In this document: positions 58,935 to 64,000 of the stretch, piece after piece
Layout of the letters: each line of letters begins with the position of its first letter
Position numbering within the stretch: position 1 is the stretch's first letter
NCBI GenBank assembly: GCA_043228905.1
Contig: JBHGNT010000001.1
Span: 17,484,001-17,548,000, forward strand
Source of the DNA: Azolla caroliniana
Lineage: Eukaryota > Plantae > Polypodiophyta
Direction: 5' to 3'
DNA length: 64,000 nucleotides
Notes under the pieces: model-generated
Told to the model about the DNA's origin: nothing
Seen by the model: only the letters and a program-made list of their open reading frames with translations
The model's database searches: none
Position numbers and translations under genes: made by a program

Positions 58935-61900
58935 TCACTTCGGCATGGGATGTCTCTCCAACCCGATCCTCTTCCGGCATGTTTCCAGCTTGTCGGGTGT
59001 GAGCACCTTGGTCAGCATATCCGACCCGTTCTCGTTCGTGTGGATCTTCGTCAGCACGAACTCCTTGTCTTCTATCCTTTCCCGGATCCAGTGGTATCTA
59101 CGCTGGATGTGTTTCGTCCGGGAATGGTAGGCCGCGTTCTTTGCAAGGTGGATGGCACTCTGACTATCGCAGTAGAGTCGGTACTCCTCCTGCCGGATTC
59201 CGAGCTCTCTAATGAAGTCCTTCATCCATATTATTTCCTTGCCGGCTTCAATAGCTGCCATGTACTCCGCCTCCGTGGTTGACAACGCAACCGTCTTCTG
59301 CAGCCTCGACTGCCACGAAACGGCTCCCCCTGCATACGTCATCACATACCCTGATGTGGACCGGCTGGTATCTGCATCAGCCGACATATCCGAATCGGTG
59401 AAACCGTCGAGTTCGGGTTTACCGGAACCGAATCGGAGGCACACGTTTGCCGTGCCCTTCAGGTATCGAAGTATCCACTTGACCGCGTTCCAATGCTCTT
59501 TGCCGGGATTGCTCATGTACCGGCTCACCACTCCGACTGCGTATCCGATGTCCGGTCTCGTACACACCATGGCGTACATCAGGCTCCCGACAGCTGAGGC
59601 ATACGGCACTTTCATCATATCCTCCTTTTCAGCCTTTGTCTTGGGACTTTGCTTGCTGGACAACTTGCAGTTTGCCGGTAGGGTTGATCCGACCGGTCTT
59701 GCTTCCGACATGTTGAACCGTTGAAGCACCTTTGTCACGTACTTCTCTTGTGACAGCCACAACTGCTTCTTGCTCCGGTCCCGGATGATGTGCATCCCTA
59801 GTATTTGCCTCGCCGGACCCAAGTCCTTCATTGAGAAGGTTCGGTGAAGAGCCTTCTTCAGCATCCGTATCTTGACCTGGTCCCGTCCGACGATCAACAT
59901 GTCGTCCACGTACAGGAGGAGTATTAGGAAGTCTCCTCCTTCGAACTTCTTCACAAACACGCAGTGGTCAGACTGCGTTTTGAGGTACCCTTCGTCGGTC
60001 ATGAAGGAGTCGAATTTCCGGTACCATTGCCGGGGAGCCTGCTTCAGTCCGTAAAGGCTCTTCTTCAACCGGCATACCAGGTGCTCCTTCCCTTTCTTCT
60101 CGAATCCTTCCGGTTGCTGCATGTAGATCTCTTCTTCGAGGTCACCGTGAAGGAATGCCGTCTTCACGTCCATCTGTTCTACCTCGAGGTCCATGCTTGC
60201 CGCTATGCTCAGCACCGTCCGGATGGAGGTCATCTTCACTACCGGGGCAAATATCTCGTCGAAGTCGACGCCCTTCTTCTGCTGAAACCCCTTCACCACG
60301 ATCCTGGCTTTGTATCTCGGGGGGTTTCCGGCATCTCCCGGTTTCAGCTTGAACACCCACTTGTTTCGAAGTGCCCGCTTTCCTTTCGGCAACTCCACAA
60401 GTTCATATGTGTGGTTCTCATGCAGGGAATCCATCTCGTCCTGCATGGCACTCAACCACCTGCGGCTCTGGGTGTCATGCTTTGCTTCTTCAAAGCTCTC
60501 CGGCTCCCCCTCGTCGGTTAGCAGCACGTGCTCTGGTTCCGGAAATCTCCGGGGGGCTCTCCTCTCTCTTAGAGGATATCTCCGTTCGGGAGCTTCGGTA
60601 ACCGGTTCTTCCGATTCTTCTTCTTCATCCGAATCCATTTCGGGATCGGGGCCGGTTCCGGTATCATTTTCATCTTCTTCGGCCGGTTCTGTTTCTTCAC
60701 CGTCTTCGGCCGGGTCCTCGAGTGCTAACCGGTCCCTTGCCGGTCGGGACTGCTCCTCGTAGAGTTGATCCTCACCGGTCGACTTGGAGCTCTTCATCTT
60801 CTTCTCCGACTCCCAGTCAGCGAGTGTCTTGTTCTCCATGAAGATGATATCACGACTCCGGAATATCTTCTTGTCAACCGGGTCCCATACTCGGTAGCCG
60901 AACTCGTCGTCGCCGTAACCGAGGAATATGCATGGCCGGGTCTTTGGATCTAGCTTTCCTCTCCGGTCCTTTGCCACATGCACGTATGCGAGACACCCGA
61001 ACACCTTCAGATGCCGGTAGGATACTTCCTTACCGGTCCACACTCTCTGCGGCGTGTCTCCGTCCAAAGGTACTGAGGGTGATCTGTTTATCACATATGT
61101 CGCCGTCGACATTGCCTCAGCCCAAAATCCCTTGGGTAATTTCGCATGTGCCAGCATACTCCGGACCCTCTCCATTATGGTCCGGTTCATCCTCTCGGCC
61201 AGCCCGTTCAGTTCCGGCGTCTTCGGCACAGTAAACTCGAGTCGGATTCCCTTCGAGCGACAGTACTCCTGGAACTGCCCCCGGTATTCCCCTCCGTTAT
61301 CCGCTCGTATCGCTTTCAGCTTCTTGCCGGATTCCCTTTCCACTCTCGCGTGGAGTTCTTTGAAGACGCACAACACTTGGTCCTTTGTCTTCAACGGTGC
61401 CGTCCACAGCTTCCGGCTGTGGTCATCAATGAATGTCACGAAGTACTGGGCTCCGCCATGTGACTTCGTCTCTACTTGACACACGTCAGTGTGCACCAAC
61501 TCCAATGGTGCGCTACGTCTCGTCGGTGGCCTTGAGTGGAAGGAGGTTCGGTTCTGCTTACCGGCCAGGCAATCGGTGCACTTCTCCAGGTGCACATGCT
61601 TCACTGGGATAAGGTTGTCTTCTGCAAGCCTCTTCATCCCCTTCTCACTCATGTGGCACAGTCTCTTGTGCCACAGCTCACCGGCAGTGTCGGCTGCCAC
61701 ATTCAGCTCTTCCGGACATAACCAGGCATTCATCAGGTACAGTGTGTTGACCTTCCGGGCCCGAGCCACTATCAAGCTCCCCTTGCTGAACTTCATGACA
61801 CCGTTCCGGATGCTACCCGTGTAGCCTTCATCATCTAGCCTCCCGGCCGAAATCAGGTTCAATCGAACCTCCGGAACGTGTCGGACATCCTTCAGCAGCA

Positions 61901-63011
61901 TTTTGCATCCGGTCGGGGTTGTTAACCACACGTCTCCTATGCCGGCAATCCGGCACGTACCTTCATTTCCCATCCGAACACAGCCATGCTCACCGGCTGT
62001 GTAGGATGAGAAGTATCTTCTCTCCGGGGTCAGGTGGAACGATGCTCCGGAATCGACCACCCAGGTCGTCTCATCGCCGGCAATGTTTAGTTCACCTTCT
62101 TCGGTGATGAGCATGATTTCTTCCTCACTTGCCGCGAGTGCCGTTGTTCCTTTCCGGTCCTGCCCTCGCCGATCCGAACCTCTCCGGTCCGTGGCTCCCC
62201 GGTATGCACCGTTTCTCTCCGGTGACTTCTTCGAGTCGGTGTCGTCGGCTCCGTTGTCTTTTCGGTAATGCCGACAATTCTTTCGGAAGTGCCCCGGCTT
62301 CCCACAGTGGAAGCATGTGGGTCTTCCTCTTGACTGCGACCGGGTCCCCGACTTCTCCCGTCTTTGCGGACTCCGGTTCCAGTGTCTTCCCCGTTCCGAT
62401 TCGGTAAGCAGCGCCTTCGAGTCGGAGGCCGGTTCTTTGTCTCTCCGACGCGCTTCTTCGTTCAAAATACTTGTCTTTACCGTTTGTAGGGACAAGTTGT
62501 CTTCCGTGCAGGAGGTGCTGAGAGTCACCACCAAGTTCTCCCAGCTGTCCGGTAATGTACACATCAGGATGATGGCTTGCATTGCATCCTCCAACGGGAA
62601 CTTGATCGCCGCAAGCTGGTTCACGAATCCCATGAACGTGCTTACGTGTTCCACCATACTCTCGCCGTCCCGGTACTTGAGATTCACAATCTTCCTCATC
62701 AGGGAGGTCCGGTTCAACGCATTCTTCCTCTCATAGAGGCCCGACAGCTTCTTCCACATCTCGTATGCGTTGGTGTCGTTCGCCACATGTTGTAGGACGC
62801 TTACATCGACGTATTGTCGGATCGTCGCTACGGCTTTCCGGTTCAGGAGCTTCCACTCCGACTCAAGTACCCCTTTCGGTATTTCCGACCTGTCAATCGG
62901 TTCGTACAGGTCCCGAACAATCAGAAGATCCTCCATCTTGATCTTCCAGTCGGCGTAATTCTGTGCATTCAGCACCATCATCATCGGCTGCCCGCTGCCG
63001 CCGCCTTCCAT
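58935..63011 (-). CDS. Copia Gag-Pol polyprotein (1358 aa from the first ATG, MEGGGSG)
   Basis: CFHCGKPGHFRKNC knuckle, WVVDSGAS protease, WHKRLCH/CTDC, DDE integrase, LLYVDDML RT, RNase H ending DMLTK. Confidence 0.97.
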   Translation of the reverse strand: MEGGGSGQPMMMVLNAQNYADWKIKMEDLLIVRDLYEPIDRSEIPKGVLESEWKLLNRKAVATIRQYVDVSVLQHVANDTNAYEMWKKLSGLYERKNALNRTSLMRKIVNLKYRDGESMVEHVSTFMGFVNQLAAIKFPLEDAMQAIILMCTLPDSWENLVVTLSTSCTEDNLSLQTVKTSILNEEARRRDKEPASDSKALLTESERGRHWNRSPQRREKSGTRSQSRGRPTCFHCGKPGHFRKNCRHYRKDNGADDTDSKKSPERNGAYRGATDRRGSDRRGQDRKGTTALAASEEEIMLITEEGELNIAGDETTWVVDSGASFHLTPERRYFSSYTAGEHGCVRMGNEGTCRIAGIGDVWLTTPTGCKMLLKDVRHVPEVRLNLISAGRLDDEGYTGSIRNGVMKFSKGSLIVARARKVNTLYLMNAWLCPEELNVAADTAGELWHKRLCHMSEKGMKRLAEDNLIPVKHVHLEKCTDCLAGKQNRTSFHSRPPTRRSAPLELVHTDVCQVETKSHGGAQYFVTFIDDHSRKLWTAPLKTKDQVLCVFKELHARVERESGKKLKAIRADNGGEYRGQFQEYCRSKGIRLEFTVPKTPELNGLAERMNRTIMERVRSMLAHAKLPKGFWAEAMSTATYVINRSPSVPLDGDTPQRVWTGKEVSYRHLKVFGCLAYVHVAKDRRGKLDPKTRPCIFLGYGDDEFGYRVWDPVDKKIFRSRDIIFMENKTLADWESEKKMKSSKSTGEDQLYEEQSRPARDRLALEDPAEDGEETEPAEEDENDTGTGPDPEMDSDEEEESEEPVTEAPERRYPLRERRAPRRFPEPEHVLLTDEGEPESFEEAKHDTQSRRWLSAMQDEMDSLHENHTYELVELPKGKRALRNKWVFKLKPGDAGNPPRYKARIVVKGFQQKKGVDFDEIFAPVVKMTSIRTVLSIAASMDLEVEQMDVKTAFLHGDLEEEIYMQQPEGFEKKGKEHLVCRLKKSLYGLKQAPRQWYRKFDSFMTDEGYLKTQSDHCVFVKKFEGGDFLILLLYVDDMLIVGRDQVKIRMLKKALHRTFSMKDLGPARQILGMHIIRDRSKKQLWLSQEKYVTKVLQRFNMSEARPVGSTLPANCKLSSKQSPKTKAEKEDMMKVPYASAVGSLMYAMVCTRPDIGYAVGVVSRYMSNPGKEHWNAVKWILRYLKGTANVCLRFGSGKPELDGFTDSDMSADADTSRSTSGYVMTYAGGAVSWQSRLQKTVALSTTEAEYMAAIEAGKEIIWMKDFIRELGIRQEEYRLYCDSQSAIHLAKNAAYHSRTKHIQRRYHWIRERIEDKEFVLTKIHTNENGSDMLTKVLTPDKLETCRKRIGLERHPMPK

Positions 63012-64000
63012 TTTCTGCAACAGTCGCTCTGATACCAGTTTGTGAGGAATCACCGCTTGGATTCACCTTCTTCACTCGGCCACAACCGATTAATCGCGGA
63101 TCAATGTAGCAGAAAATAGGAAATACAGAGAAAGACGCGATACACAGGGATTAACGTGGAAAACCCTATACGGGAAAAACCACGGGAGTGCGAGACTCCG
63201 AACCAAACTATGCACAGAGAAATATACAATAGCGAGCTGCAAGGCAACGACCTTGAGCTCGCTGTCCTCGCCACAGGCGGCGGAAGTACACAGAGGCGTC
63301 TACCTCTTCGTCTCTCTCGCGCTCTATCTCTCTCTCTCTCTCGGCTGCTCTCACTTCGCATGGGAAAAATGAGCAACAACATAAACTGTTTGCCCTAAGT
63401 CATATTTATACATATATGACTTTCGGGCTATTTACAAATATAGCCACAAGGGCTCTTAGCAAACATATTCACAAATATGTCCCCGCATCCGGATCCGTAT
63501 CCGGGTACTCTTCATCCGGCTCCGTAACCGGGGTCTTCATCATCCGGATCCGTATCCGGGTACTCTTCATCCGGCTCCGTAACCGGGGTCTTCATCTTCC
63601 GGATCCGTATCCGGGTACTCTTCATCCGGCTCCGTAACCGGGGTCTTCATCTTCCGGATCCGTATCCGGGTACTCTTCATCCGGCTCCGTAACCGGGTAC
63701 TCTTCATCATCCGGACATCCCATCCGGAGGGACCGAAATCCCAACAGTTTAGTTCCGGCGTCTTCGGCACAGTAAATTCGAGCCGGATTCCCTTCGTGCG
63801 ACAGTACTCCTCGAACTGCCCCCGATATTCTCCTCCGTTATCTGCTTGAACTACCTTCAGCTTCCGACCGGTTTCTCTTTCCACTCTCGCGTGGAGCTCT
63901 TTGAAGACGGATAGCACCTGATCCTTCGTCTTCAGTGGTGTGGCCCATAGCTTCCGGCTGTGGTCATCTATGAACGTCACGAAGTACTGCGCTCCGGCAT

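Larger units (their letters stand above)
58219..63746 (-). mobile_element. Intact, very young Tnt1/Tork-like Copia retrotransposon (5528 bp)
   Basis: 706-bp LTRs at 58219-58924 and 63041-63746 with no difference visible by eye. TSD GTTTA, Met-i PBS 63026-63037, PPT 58925-58934, single uninterrupted ORF. Confidence 0.97.
55143..64000 (-). mobile_element. Tnt1/Tork-like Copia, lightly decayed, running off the window; host of 58219-63746
   Basis: 3' LTR 55143-55915 and PPT 55916-55925. RT/RNase H ORFs at 55926-57619 with a small frameshifting duplication near 56825. Integrase resumes at 63747. Confidence 0.92.

Noticed and set aside
59212-62958. Many plus-strand ORFs opposite the Copia polyprotein
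   Set aside because: They are antisense shadows of a GC-rich coding sequence with no recognisable domains.
63012-63053. ORF-track start of the 1372-aa polyprotein
   Set aside because: It is a non-ATG start inside the LTR/PBS; the first ATG is at 63011.

Overview
Eukaryotic, heterochromatin-like DNA with no intact host gene, most likely from a non-seed land plant (fern, lycophyte or moss). This is inferred from Tcn1-like chromoviruses, plant tRNA primer-binding sites (PBS) and short GT-AG introns. Most of the window is nested, mostly decayed LTR retrotransposons: two Tcn1-like Gypsy, three Arg-primed non-chromoviral Gypsy, two related Gypsy (one with a Trp PBS) and several Copia, including one intact 5.5-kb Copia with apparently identical LTRs. 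Removing the nested elements leaves a base layer with a Sola-like DDD transposase pseudogene (+). On the minus strand at 51.9-54.4 kb, a paralogous piece of that transposase is joined to a 4-intron pseudogene for a ParB-like domain plus a beta-class N6-adenine/N4-cytosine DNA methyltransferase. This suggests a DNA transposon carrying its own bacterial-type methylase. Other notable signals: a tRNA-like A-box/B-box module in the chromovirus LTRs that was hit twice by one Copia family, covarying Tf1-type self-priming, a -1 frameshift signal and a minimal hammerhead ribozyme in a Penelope-like insert. All family assignments rest on motifs recognised by eye; no searches were run.
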